A stretch of 27,265 nucleotides of DNA, from NCBI GenBank assembly GCA_018400815.1, contig JAGYLS010000018.1, positions 1-27,265 on the forward strand, written 5' to 3'. The notes under the pieces are model-generated. The model ran no database searches and was not told where the DNA came from. It saw nothing but the letters and a program-made list of their open reading frames with translations. The position numbers and the translations under genes are program-made. This DNA comes from Candidatus Oleincola secundus. GTDB taxonomy: Bacteria > Atribacterota > Phoenicimicrobiia > Phoenicimicrobiales > Stramentimicrobiaceae. Within the stretch, counting starts at the first letter, position 1, and each line of letters starts with the position of its first letter. Positions 9,023-18,577 of the stretch are shown here, in pieces.

Positions 9023-10909
9023 ATGGTTCAAAATAAAGATTTCTACCAGAAAGTTTTGTTGGTTGATGTTAACTCAAAATTTTACCGTGTTGATCGCTTT
9101 AAAGTGGGTGATTATTTTGGTCCACCTGATTTGGGATTATATCTGGCCGGTAAATATAATAGTCTGAATATTGGCACCGGATTGTTGGCTGGTTCTATTT
9201 TCCCCGGGTCTAATCGTCTATTCTTTAGCGGGTTTTCTCCCTGTTGGGGAGGGTTTTACATTTCCTCTATGGGCGGAGCTGGACTAGTTTTTGATAATCT
9301 GGGAATTAACACCCTGTCGATTGTGGGCTGGGCGAGGTTCCCTTCTATTTTATATTTAAATCGAATTCACGGAGAAGAGATCAAAGTAGATATTTTCCCT
9401 ATTGATTTGCATCCAGTGTGGCAAGAGGACCAAAAGGGAGTTTATGCCTTAATAGAACATGTTTATAAAGCTTATGGCAAATATTATGAAAATGACCCCC
9501 GCATCCTTGCTACCGGACCTGCTTCTGAGGCAACGGATTTTGGAGCAATTTGTTCTGTTCCCATCCAAAATGGAAAAATAAGTTCTGTTGATACCTGGGC
9601 AGGTAGAGGAGGTTTTGGTACCAAAATGCTCAAGCAACACAATATTGCAGCAGTAATCTATGGAGGAACTTATGTTGATGAGGATTTTAGAGATAGAAAA
9701 GTAGCCGATCAATGGTTTGAGGACAAATATAAAGAAAAGATGGCAGCAAAGGATATTGAAGCAACAACAAAATATCGTTTTGAAGAAAATTTTGGAACGG
9801 GAGGTACTTTCGGGGTCAATTATACCACCATGGATGGTAGTATAATGGCATTTAATTACCGCAGTATTTACCTGAAAGAAGAGAAACGTATTGAACTCCA
9901 TCAAAAATACATCCTGGAACATTACCTTAAACAATTTAATCAGGAAATTATTCAGAAAAAATCCCAGAAAACCTGCGGAGAACCATGTGCGGCTGTTTGC
10001 AAGAAGATGTACGGAATTTACAAGAAGGATTATGAACCCTATCAGGCATTGGGTCCTTTATGCGGTATATTTGATCAAAGAGCTGCAGAAAAACTGGTAC
10101 ATCATGCTGACTGCTATGGTTTTGACGCAATTGCCATTGGAGGAGTATTAGCCTGGTTAATGGATTGCCTGGATCGGGATCTACTATCTCCTGCGGATTT
10201 AGGAGTAAGCCATAAGCCAGTGTTTGAAATGGATAATTTTCGCATAGAAACAGATTCTATGCATAACGCAGACCTGGGTGTAGCTATTTTAGATGGAATT
10301 ATCAATCAAGAAGAAAATCTGGATTTAAGTCAAGGTGCCCGCGAGCTGGCAAAGAAATTGAGCAGGGAGAAAAATGAAAAAGTCATTCATCATTTTGTTT
10401 ATAATGGTTTTGCCAGAAGAGGATGGATGGTTCCAAATCAATATTGGACTCCTGGTGTACTTTCACCGATGGCAATTATGGGAAAGTATTATATGTTTTA
10501 TGGAGATTCCTTTGTTCCGCCGCGTGAACTAGGAAGACTAAATGCAAGGCGTTTTGAACAGGAACTTATACTGGATACATTTGGCATGTGTCGTTTTCAT
10601 CGAAAATGGGCAGAAGAAATGATACCGGAAATTATCGGCTCATTATTCGACATGAAAGATTTATTTTTAAAAAAAGTCCATCAAACAGCTTGTCATATTA
10701 ATACTCGTAATGCTTCTGTCTTCTGGGAATCAGAGAGAAATATTGATTTTGTTTATCATTTCTTAAAGAGAAAACAGACTGTTGGAAAAGAAAAAAGCCA
10801 GGAATTGACTCAATGGATAGATTATTTTGAAAGAGACAAAAAAGAGGCAGCCATGAATTTTTGGTATGAGATACATAAAGGGATGACCGAATCATTACAT
10901 AATATGTGA
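9023..10909 (+). CDS. Aldehyde:ferredoxin oxidoreductase family W/Mo enzyme, resembling archaeal glyceraldehyde-3-phosphate:ferredoxin oxidoreductase (GAPOR)
   Basis: SSMGG, GPA, WAGRGGFG, TTKYRF...TGGTFG.NY, CGEPCAAVCKK, YEPY.A.GPL.G, GFDAI..GG..AW, QYW, GMCRFHR.W and VFWES.R.ID. These match my recollection of GAPOR-clade sequences; no alignment was run. Confidence 0.8.
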   Translation: MVQNKDFYQKVLLVDVNSKFYRVDRFKVGDYFGPPDLGLYLAGKYNSLNIGTGLLAGSIFPGSNRLFFSGFSPCWGGFYISSMGGAGLVFDNLGINTLSIVGWARFPSILYLNRIHGEEIKVDIFPIDLHPVWQEDQKGVYALIEHVYKAYGKYYENDPRILATGPASEATDFGAICSVPIQNGKISSVDTWAGRGGFGTKMLKQHNIAAVIYGGTYVDEDFRDRKVADQWFEDKYKEKMAAKDIEATTKYRFEENFGTGGTFGVNYTTMDGSIMAFNYRSIYLKEEKRIELHQKYILEHYLKQFNQEIIQKKSQKTCGEPCAAVCKKMYGIYKKDYEPYQALGPLCGIFDQRAAEKLVHHADCYGFDAIAIGGVLAWLMDCLDRDLLSPADLGVSHKPVFEMDNFRIETDSMHNADLGVAILDGIINQEENLDLSQGARELAKKLSREKNEKVIHHFVYNGFARRGWMVPNQYWTPGVLSPMAIMGKYYMFYGDSFVPPRELGRLNARRFEQELILDTFGMCRFHRKWAEEMIPEIIGSLFDMKDLFLKKVHQTACHINTRNASVFWESERNIDFVYHFLKRKQTVGKEKSQELTQWIDYFERDKKEAAMNFWYEIHKGMTESLHNM

Positions 10910-10983
10910 TAACTTTAGACAGAATAATAACCAAGAACATAGTACTGCTTAATAATTATGGTAGCTAAATTTTGGAGATAATT

Positions 10984-11730
10984 ATGGATTTACCAAAAAT
11001 ATTCATCGGGACATCCGGCTGGCACTATGTACATTGGCTAGGTCCCTTTTACCCAAAAAATTTAGAAAAAAAAGAAATGTTAAATTACTATCTTCAATTC
11101 TTTTCTACTACAGAGATTAACAATTCTTTTTATAAATTGCCTGCTCAAAACACTTTTCAAAATTGGGCAGAAACGGTTCCGGAAGAATTTACTTTTTCAG
11201 TTAAAGCTAACCGATATATTACCCATATGAAAAAATTAAAAAATGCAGATGATGCATTGCATAATTTTTTAGATGGTATTAAGCCATTAAAAAATAAGCT
11301 GGGAGCAATATTATTTCAGTTGCCACCCAATTGGAAGTGCAATATTGAGAGATTAAAAGCTTTTTTAGAGCTACTTCCTTCGGGAAAACAGTATGCCTTT
11401 GAATTTCGAAATTCAAGCTGGTGGAATGAATCTGTTTATGATTTGCTAAAGGATCACGGGGCAGCTTTTTGTATCTTTGAATTGGCTGGTGTATTGTCTC
11501 CCATTATTTCAACAACTGATTTTATATATATTCGATTACATGGCCCCAATGATGCTTATCAGGGTTTATATTCCGAAGAAGCTCTACAAGAATGGGCTGA
11601 TAAAATTGCAAAATGGATTCAACAGCAAAAAACTGTTTACTGTTATTTTGACAATGACCAGGAAGGTTTTGCAATAGAAAATGCATTAAGGTTAAAACAA
11701 ATATTGAAAGATTATCTTAAAAATAAATAA
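10984..11730 (+). CDS. DUF72 (YecE-like) TIM-barrel protein
   Basis: IGTSGWHY.HW, EINNSFY..P, FSVKA...ITH, LFQLPP, EFR..SW, YIRLHG and YFDND motifs. GGAG upstream favours ATG 10984 over TTG 10972. Confidence 0.92.
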   Translation: MDLPKIFIGTSGWHYVHWLGPFYPKNLEKKEMLNYYLQFFSTTEINNSFYKLPAQNTFQNWAETVPEEFTFSVKANRYITHMKKLKNADDALHNFLDGIKPLKNKLGAILFQLPPNWKCNIERLKAFLELLPSGKQYAFEFRNSSWWNESVYDLLKDHGAAFCIFELAGVLSPIISTTDFIYIRLHGPNDAYQGLYSEEALQEWADKIAKWIQQQKTVYCYFDNDQEGFAIENALRLKQILKDYLKNK

Positions 11731-12025
11731 ATTTATAGTTGGGGATATCTCAAAATATTTGTTTAAATAGGAGGTAAACACTGAATTTTGATAACAAGTA
11801 AAAATAAATAGATAAAATAGCAAAAATATTCAAATTTAGTCCTCAAAGAGGGCGCTGAAACTGATCTTGACATTAAACTTATAAATTCAGGAGCACAACC
11901 TGAAGATATCTGGCTGGGTTAACACCATTGCCGTGATGTTAGTTAGTATTATTGTGATTATATTTGGTCTGGAGTTGATAGTATTTGGGATTGTACCCAC
12001 TATAACGGAATTAGCTCGAATTGTT

Positions 12026-12661
12026 TTATTCTTTGTTATTTCTGGAAAAGATGCACCCACAATAACTTTGCCGATATAAGTGGTATTGATTTGATAAAAC
12101 AATAGAACGCTTAAAACCGTCTCTTTTTTTAAAATCACTGAATAAAAAATTAAGATGATATTTGTTTGCAATTTCATTGCCAATCTGGTTTATTGCTTTA
12201 GCATTTTTATGAGGGCTAATAGTAAGCGTGGTAGTAAAATAAGTAAAATTTAATTCATTAGCTTTTTGGGCTGTTTTTTCCAGACGTAGATAAAAACATT
12301 TTAAGCAACGACTCCCTCCTTCTTTTTCCTGCTCCAAACCCTTGACTTCTTGAAAGAAAAGATTCGGTTCATATTTGCCTTCTATAAAGTTGACTTTATT
12401 TTTTACCGGGAATTGTTCAATAAATCTTTTCTGTTCATTTAATCTTTTCTTATATTCTTGCTCAGGATGGATATTCGGGTTGTAGAAAAAGACAGTAATA
12501 GAGAAGCATTGAGAAAGGTATTCCAATACATAACTGCTGCAGGGAGCGCAACAACTATGCAGTAAAAGTTTTGGGACAAGATTGTCTTGTTTAATTTCAT
12601 TAATTTTTTTATCCAACAATTGTTGAAAATTGACCATTGGCCATTCTTTGTTATTTTTCAT
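12026..12661 (-). CDS. queH: Epoxyqueuosine reductase QueH (DUF208)
   Basis: LLLHSCCAPCS, FYNPNIHP..EY..R, RC..C...RL, FTTTL.ISPHK and YRQSYCGCIFS motifs. Confidence 0.93.
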   Translation of the reverse strand: MKNNKEWPMVNFQQLLDKKINEIKQDNLVPKLLLHSCCAPCSSYVLEYLSQCFSITVFFYNPNIHPEQEYKKRLNEQKRFIEQFPVKNKVNFIEGKYEPNLFFQEVKGLEQEKEGGSRCLKCFYLRLEKTAQKANELNFTYFTTTLTISPHKNAKAINQIGNEIANKYHLNFLFSDFKKRDGFKRSIVLSNQYHLYRQSYCGCIFSRNNKE

Positions 12662-13544
12662 TTACCTAACCAAATCAAATATATTGCGTAAACTGCACTG
12701 ATGATAGCCCCGGGTATTGAAGAAGAGGCATCATTAAAAAGACTGATAGCCAATGCCGCTGCAAAGCCTGAATTTTTGATGGTTCCCAACAGCATCTAGT
12801 AATGGCATCACTTCTTTTAATGTTTAAACTTCTAAATATTCTTTTTAACAAATAAAACAGAGGGAAGGTAGTAAGGAAGGCAATCAATGCAATTCTTAAT
12901 AAATTATCAAAGTCTGTAAAGAAACTTGCCTGATTTATTCCGATAACGGTAAAGATAACTACAAATAATCCCCAGTTTGTTATGGTGCCTCTCCCAGATT
13001 CCAGAAAGTAAGATATTTTTTCTAAACGCATGAATCGCGAAAAGACAATGGGCAAAATAATTAAATATAGTAAATTAAGAGCCAATCCTGAGAAGGGGAA
13101 TGTTTCGGCGCCGGCAAGGGAAATAGTTATTGCCGGGGCAATAATCAGTGCTGCTAGATAGGCTCCAAAGGTAGCGAATAATGAAAAAATCATATTGCCT
13201 GAAAGTATAGCTGAAAAAGGCATAATCGATACACCTGGCGGTGAGGCAGCTACCAGAATCATACCTATTCGTAATGATTTTTCCTGGATTAATATAAAAG
13301 TTAGCAACAAAATGAGTGAGCCCAGTAGTGCATAATTTAATAATATACCCAGTATGAGAGGTTTGGATAATTGTTTCCATTCCAGCATATTGCTAGTAGA
13401 AATACTGGAAAGAGAAATAGTCATGACCAGTGCCAGAGCAGGAATAGTTAAAGATTTAGTATATTGAGCAAGGCCAGGGAAAGAAAGACCTAAAATAAAG
13501 GCAAAAGGCAATATAAAATTACGGTTTTTTAAAATCTTGAACAT
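12658..13544 (-). pseudogene. Bile acid:sodium symporter (BASS) family transporter with a 1-nt frameshift near 12796-12797 (pseudogene or sequencing error)
   Basis: Hydrophobic protein with LNY, ASPPG and LNLLYLIILP motifs. After ...SDAIT, the shifted frame reads MLLGTIKNSGFAAALAISLFNDASSSIPGAIISAVYAIYLIWLGK*, a BASS-like last hairpin whose TGA (12658-12660) overlaps the queH ATG. Confidence 0.8.
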
Positions 13545-13703
13545 TTTTATTTACTTTCACATTTTCTAATAATATAGTATAGTAGTAAGTCCATAATTTA
13601 TTTATTACTTTACCATATTTAGGTGATTTATTTTATCTTATTTTTCTTGTATAGGAAACCCCCTAAATAAGAAAAATTTATTAAGAATATAATAGGGGAT
13701 AAA

Positions 13704-14765
13704 TTGAGAAAAAATCTTTTTAGCAGAAAAAAAATAATTAAGGGTTTAATTATTTCTCTGACTATCGGGGTGGTAATATTTCTTTTGGTTTTTTTATTAA
13801 CCCTTGACAAAAATACCATGAAAAGTTTTCAGTATATGGATATAGAATATATTTTTTTGGCTGTAGGTATTATTTTCCTCGCATTTTTAGTGGAGGGTTT
13901 GAGAATACAGGTGGTTGCTAGTGCAATTGATGAAAAGATAGGGTTCTGGGAATCAGTAAAAATATTTTACATTAGTTTTTTTCTGGGAGGGATTACACCT
14001 TATTTTTCGGGAGCCGTTCCAGGACAGATAGCCTTATTTACCAAAAACGGTATATCTATCGGAAAAGCTACCATGATTGCCACTGTTAGACCCATTATTA
14101 AATCCATTGTTTTTCTAATTATAACTCCTATCTTGTTTCTTTATTTTAGAGAATCATTGGAGGAATATGAGTTGCTGTCCTGGTTTTTGTTAATAGCAGC
14201 AATTCTTTTCTCTCTTTTTTTTATTGTTCTCTTTATTCTGGTAGTTAAAAATCCTCAGATGATTCAGACAATCTTTAAATGGCTGAAAGAGATTTCTTTT
14301 TTAAAAAAATATTTAAACAAACCTGGTGTAGAACAAAAAGTGGAATGGATTATGTTTCAAACAATGCAGTTTCAGGGAAGTTTCCATCTCCTTTTAGGGC
14401 ATCCAACAGAGATGTTTTTAATTTTTCTTTATACTGCCATCTACTGGTTTTTATATTTTCTTATTGCTCCGTTACTTTTATTGGCAATGGGAATTCAATT
14501 AGATTATGCTCTGATAATGATTATACAGGTCTTGATTTTTTTTGTTTTGCCTTTTTTACCTACACCGGGTGGAAGTGGTGTTGCTGAACTGGGTTTTGCA
14601 TCTTTATTTTCCTTTTTTGTTCCTGAAAATTTATTAGGGATTTATGTTGGAGGATGGAGATTGTTTACTTTTTATATCAATATTATTATTGGAGCATTGC
14701 TTAGTTTGGTTGAATTAAGAAAATGGGCTGCTCAGGAAAAAATATTAAAATCCAGTGGTAATTAA
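13704..14765 (+). CDS. Lysylphosphatidylglycerol synthase TM / UPF0104 flippase-like membrane protein
   Basis: GLR, F.GGITP...G, PTPGGSGVAE..F and WRLFTFY motifs; multiple TM segments; TTG start after AGGGG. Confidence 0.85.
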   Translation: MRKNLFSRKKIIKGLIISLTIGVVIFLLVFLLTLDKNTMKSFQYMDIEYIFLAVGIIFLAFLVEGLRIQVVASAIDEKIGFWESVKIFYISFFLGGITPYFSGAVPGQIALFTKNGISIGKATMIATVRPIIKSIVFLIITPILFLYFRESLEEYELLSWFLLIAAILFSLFFIVLFILVVKNPQMIQTIFKWLKEISFLKKYLNKPGVEQKVEWIMFQTMQFQGSFHLLLGHPTEMFLIFLYTAIYWFLYFLIAPLLLLAMGIQLDYALIMIIQVLIFFVLPFLPTPGGSGVAELGFASLFSFFVPENLLGIYVGGWRLFTFYINIIIGALLSLVELRKWAAQEKILKSSGN

Positions 14766-14801
14766 AAAAAGGCCAGAATATTTTAAAAGAAATTCTGGCC
14801 T
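14764..14801 (-). terminator. Intrinsic terminator of the minus-strand TPR gene (possibly bidirectional)
   Basis: AGGCCAGAAT 14770-14779 / ATTCTGGCCT 14792-14801, with an A-run at 14764-14770 that reads as a U-tract on the minus strand. Confidence 0.7.
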
Positions 14802-14836
14802 ATATCAATGTTTTGCACAACTAGAACGTTATTATT

Positions 14837-15565
14837 CTACAATTTCTCCAACAATTCTTTTGCTCTTTTGCTGAAATAGGGGTGGTCACTTTGTGCTGCT
14901 TTCTCTAACAGTTCCTTTGCCTTATCATCTTTATTCCGGGTAATTAATAATTCAGAATAATAAACTAATCCCTGGGGATTGTCCGGAAAATGCTGATAAT
15001 ATTCTTCATAATAATTTTCAGATTTTTTTGTACTTCTAAAAAGTTTGGGGAGCTGATGCCACATCCTGCCCAATGCAAGTATCGGTCCTGCATCATCATA
15101 CATCTTGTCAATTTCATAGGCTTTTTCAAATGCATTTTCTGTCTTTTTTCGCAATCCTTTTCGGATAGCCTTTAAAATACTGATACCGTCAGAATAGGTA
15201 CCCGCACACAGTCCGTAAAAATAATGTCCTTCCACTTTGTCTGGCTCCATATCTTTGGCAATTTCGGCATATTCCAGTCCCTCTTTGCCGTAATCCTCAC
15301 AGATATCTTTCCAGTCTTCGACCTCTGCCTGCATGGACAGATCGGCATATTCTCTTAACGCTCTCGCCATTTTCCAGTTAGTTTCATAACTATCCGGGTT
15401 CTCTTCTACGGCCTTACGGTAGAGAGGAAGTGATTTTACAACACTTTCCAGATTGTCCTTTTCGTAAATAGCATCTGCCCGGGCAAGATAATCCGAAGCC
15501 AAAACGGTTATTGTAAAACAGATTAAGATCAACAAACTTATGAGAATAGTAATAGTTTTTTTCAT
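14837..15565 (-). CDS. Exported all-helical TPR-like protein
   Basis: Signal peptide (VLA-S); TPR-like helices (YRKAVEENPDSYE, AKDMEPDKVEGHYFYG, FEKAYEIDKMYDDAGPILALG); SD AGGAGG. Confidence 0.75.
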   Translation of the reverse strand: MKKTITILISLLILICFTITVLASDYLARADAIYEKDNLESVVKSLPLYRKAVEENPDSYETNWKMARALREYADLSMQAEVEDWKDICEDYGKEGLEYAEIAKDMEPDKVEGHYFYGLCAGTYSDGISILKAIRKGLRKKTENAFEKAYEIDKMYDDAGPILALGRMWHQLPKLFRSTKKSENYYEEYYQHFPDNPQGLVYYSELLITRNKDDKAKELLEKAAQSDHPYFSKRAKELLEKL

Positions 15566-15923
15566 AGAACCTCCTGATAAAATATTAAAATTATTAGTAG
15601 CTATTAATACTTAGTATTATATCAAAATTTATTGGACAGTCAAGATATAGGTTAAGTGGTCAAAAAATTTTTTAAGGTTTAATAAAAAACTATTATGAAG
15701 TTAATTTACTATTTTTTGTCTTATTGTTAAAATTTCTTTCTATTATTTGTATTATTTTTGAATAGACTATAAAATATGATAGACTAAAATAGTCAAAACA
15801 ATTGAACTTCAATAGTACTGGTGCCAAAATAGCTAGTTTTTATTGCCCCTAACCAGACATATAACATTAATGAAATGTAATTAAGGTGTTAAGCAACCAG
15901 GAGAGACATTAAAGGAGGAAATT

Positions 15924-16319
15924 ATGTTAAAGATATTCTCAGTCCCTACCCACAATAGAACAGAAATGGTGGATATCACTTCAGATGTTCAGAAAGTAGT
16001 CCAGGAAAGCAAACAACAGGAAGGATTGTGCTGTGTTTTTATTCCTCATACTACTGCCGGTATTACTATTAATGAAAATGCTGATCCCAGTGTACAGGAA
16101 GATATTTTACAGGAACTTAATAAAGTAATTCCTTTTCAGGATGATTATAGTCATTTAGAAGGAAATTCAGCAGGTCATATTAAATCCAGTTTGATAGGTT
16201 CATCGGTTAACATAATTATTGAAAATGGTAAATTAAAATTGGGGACCTGGCAGGGCATTTATTTTTGTGAGTTTGACGGACCAAGAAACCGCAAGGCGTG
16301 GGTTAAAATAATATCCTGA
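15924..16319 (+). CDS. yjbQ: YjbQ/UPF0047 family (secondary thiamine-phosphate synthase-like)
   Basis: PHTTAGITINENADPSV..D, HLEGNS..HIKSSL and LGTWQGIYFCEFDGPR motifs. Confidence 0.93.
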   Translation: MLKIFSVPTHNRTEMVDITSDVQKVVQESKQQEGLCCVFIPHTTAGITINENADPSVQEDILQELNKVIPFQDDYSHLEGNSAGHIKSSLIGSSVNIIIENGKLKLGTWQGIYFCEFDGPRNRKAWVKIIS

Positions 16320-16399
16320 ATGTTTCCGGATTAATGAAATAATAAAAATAGAATAATAATATACGATTATCTTAAAATATCTTAAAAGCTGAGGTATTA

Positions 16400-18562
16400 A
16401 TGGAAGAGTCAGTTCATATCAAAGGAACAATCAAAAGATTAGTCTACCATAATGAAGAAAATGGTTTTGTTATTGCCCGTGTAGATTTACAGGAACCGGA
16501 GAAAAAAGAGACAACAGTAGTAGGGAAAATGGCTGCCATAAGTATTGGAGAGACTTATCAATTTAAAGGCAAGTGGAATCTTGATTCCCGTTATGGATGG
16601 CAGTTTAATTTCGATGATTATCAGATTATCTTGCCAACAACGTTGGAAGGTGTACGGCGCTATCTTGGATCTGGATTAATTAAGGGAGTAGGTCCTGCAA
16701 CAGCGAATAGGATTGTCGAACAGTTTGGAGAAAAAACACTGGAAGTCATTGAGGATTATCCGGAAAAATTGAATGAGGTAGAGGGTATTGCCCAAAAAAG
16801 AATAGGACTTATTAAGAAATCCTGGCAGGAACAAAAGGAAATCAAACGAGTTATGCTGTTTTTGCAATCTTATAAGATTACTACCGGTTATGCAGTAAAG
16901 ATTTTTAAACAGTATGGCTCCAAAGCTATTGAGAAATTAAAAGAAAATCCCTATTGTCTAGTTGACGATATCTTTGGTATTGGCTTCAAGATTGCCGATA
17001 GAATCGCTCAAAATTTAGGAATAGAAAATGATTCACCATCCCGGATTAGGGCTGGAATTAAATATTGTTTAAATGAAAATGCCGGACAAGGCCATTGCTT
17101 TGTCTATTATGATGCAATAATTAAAATGACTGCAGAACTATTAGGAATAGCAGAGGATCAGGTAGAGCGGGAATGTGTTTTTTTGGATAACAGCAAGGAA
17201 ATTATTATTGAAGATAATCAGGTTTGGTTACCTCAATATTTTTATGCAGAAAAAGAGGTAAGTCAAAAAATTGCCGGTTTAATACGTTTTCCTCAGCAGT
17301 TAACCCAGATTAATGTTGATTTGAAAATAGAACAACTGGAAGAGAAATATAAGATTAAATTTGCTACTGAACAAAAGAAGGCAATTAAAGAGGTTCTTCT
17401 TCATCGTGTTTTGATTCTAACCGGTGGACCCGGTACTGGTAAAACAACTACCACTATCGGTTTGATTGAATTATTTGAGGATTTGGGTCTTAAAATAGTA
17501 CTGGCTGCGCCGACAGGTAGGGCTGCTAAAAAGTTAGCTGAAGCAACCCGGCGAACTGCCAAGACCATTCACCGGCTACTGGCCTATAATCCCAGGGAAA
17601 GAGGATTTACCAAAGATGAAAAAAATCCAATCAGAGCAGATGCAATTATCTTAGATGAGGTTTCCATGATTGATATCCTTTTAATGAACCATCTGTTGAA
17701 GGCAGTTACGGAGAATACTTTTTTAATCCTGATTGGAGATATTGACCAATTACCATCAGTAGGTCCAGGCAATTTATTAAAAGATATGATTGATTCAGAA
17801 GTTATTCCCGTAATTCGCTTAACACATATTTTCAGACAAAGGGAAAAAAGTTTAATAGTTGTGAATGCTCATCTGGTTAATCAAGGGAAATATCCGATTC
17901 TTAAAGGTAAGCAGGAAAGAGATTTTTATTTTCTTAAAGAAGAAGACCCGGAGAAAGCAGCTGAAAAAATTATTCATTTGTGTACTTCCCGTTTACCTCG
18001 TAGTTATCATATTAATCCGCTTCGTGATATACAGATACTGACACCTATGTATAAAGGTGCTGTTGGAGCGGATCAGCTTAATCAATTAATGAGAAATGCC
18101 TTAAATCCTGATGGGAAAAGTTTGAAATACGGTCATCAGCAGTATAAAATAAATGATAAGGTAATGCAGATTCGGAATAACTATGATAAAGAGGTATTTA
18201 ACGGTGACATTGGGAATATCAAAGAAATTAACCTTGAAGAGCAGGTAATCAAAGTTCTTTTTTATAGCCGTATAATTGAATATGATTTTTCTGAGCTGAA
18301 TGAGCTGGTATTGGCTTATGCAATTACCGTCCACAAAAGTCAGGGCAGTGAATACCCGGTAGTGGTTATTCCCATGTTGACCCAACATTTTCTTTTGCTT
18401 CAGCGCAATTTATTGTATACTGCTATTACCAGGGCCAGAAAAATGGTTATAATAGTGGGAACGAATAAAGCCTTGTGGATTGCTATTAAAAATAATAAAA
18501 CAGTTAAAAGAAATACCTTTTTAAGGGAAAGGTTGAAGAAAATGGTACCCTTGGTAACATAG
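16400..18562 (+). CDS. recD2: ATP-dependent RecD2-like SF1B DNA helicase
   Basis: N-terminal OB/HhH region (IKGVGPATA, IFGIGFKIAD), GGPGTGKT, DEVSM, GDIDQLPSVGPG, TVHKSQGSEY and LLYTAITRAR motifs. Confidence 0.95.
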   Translation: MEESVHIKGTIKRLVYHNEENGFVIARVDLQEPEKKETTVVGKMAAISIGETYQFKGKWNLDSRYGWQFNFDDYQIILPTTLEGVRRYLGSGLIKGVGPATANRIVEQFGEKTLEVIEDYPEKLNEVEGIAQKRIGLIKKSWQEQKEIKRVMLFLQSYKITTGYAVKIFKQYGSKAIEKLKENPYCLVDDIFGIGFKIADRIAQNLGIENDSPSRIRAGIKYCLNENAGQGHCFVYYDAIIKMTAELLGIAEDQVERECVFLDNSKEIIIEDNQVWLPQYFYAEKEVSQKIAGLIRFPQQLTQINVDLKIEQLEEKYKIKFATEQKKAIKEVLLHRVLILTGGPGTGKTTTTIGLIELFEDLGLKIVLAAPTGRAAKKLAEATRRTAKTIHRLLAYNPRERGFTKDEKNPIRADAIILDEVSMIDILLMNHLLKAVTENTFLILIGDIDQLPSVGPGNLLKDMIDSEVIPVIRLTHIFRQREKSLIVVNAHLVNQGKYPILKGKQERDFYFLKEEDPEKAAEKIIHLCTSRLPRSYHINPLRDIQILTPMYKGAVGADQLNQLMRNALNPDGKSLKYGHQQYKINDKVMQIRNNYDKEVFNGDIGNIKEINLEEQVIKVLFYSRIIEYDFSELNELVLAYAITVHKSQGSEYPVVVIPMLTQHFLLLQRNLLYTAITRARKMVIIVGTNKALWIAIKNNKTVKRNTFLRERLKKMVPLVT

Positions 18563-18577
18563 AAAGGAGAGAGAGGA

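Noticed and set aside
14837..15565. TPR protein as the T component (TatT) of the TRAP system
   Set aside because: It lies over 10 kb away on the opposite strand, has no clear lipobox, and the resemblance is only generic TPR.
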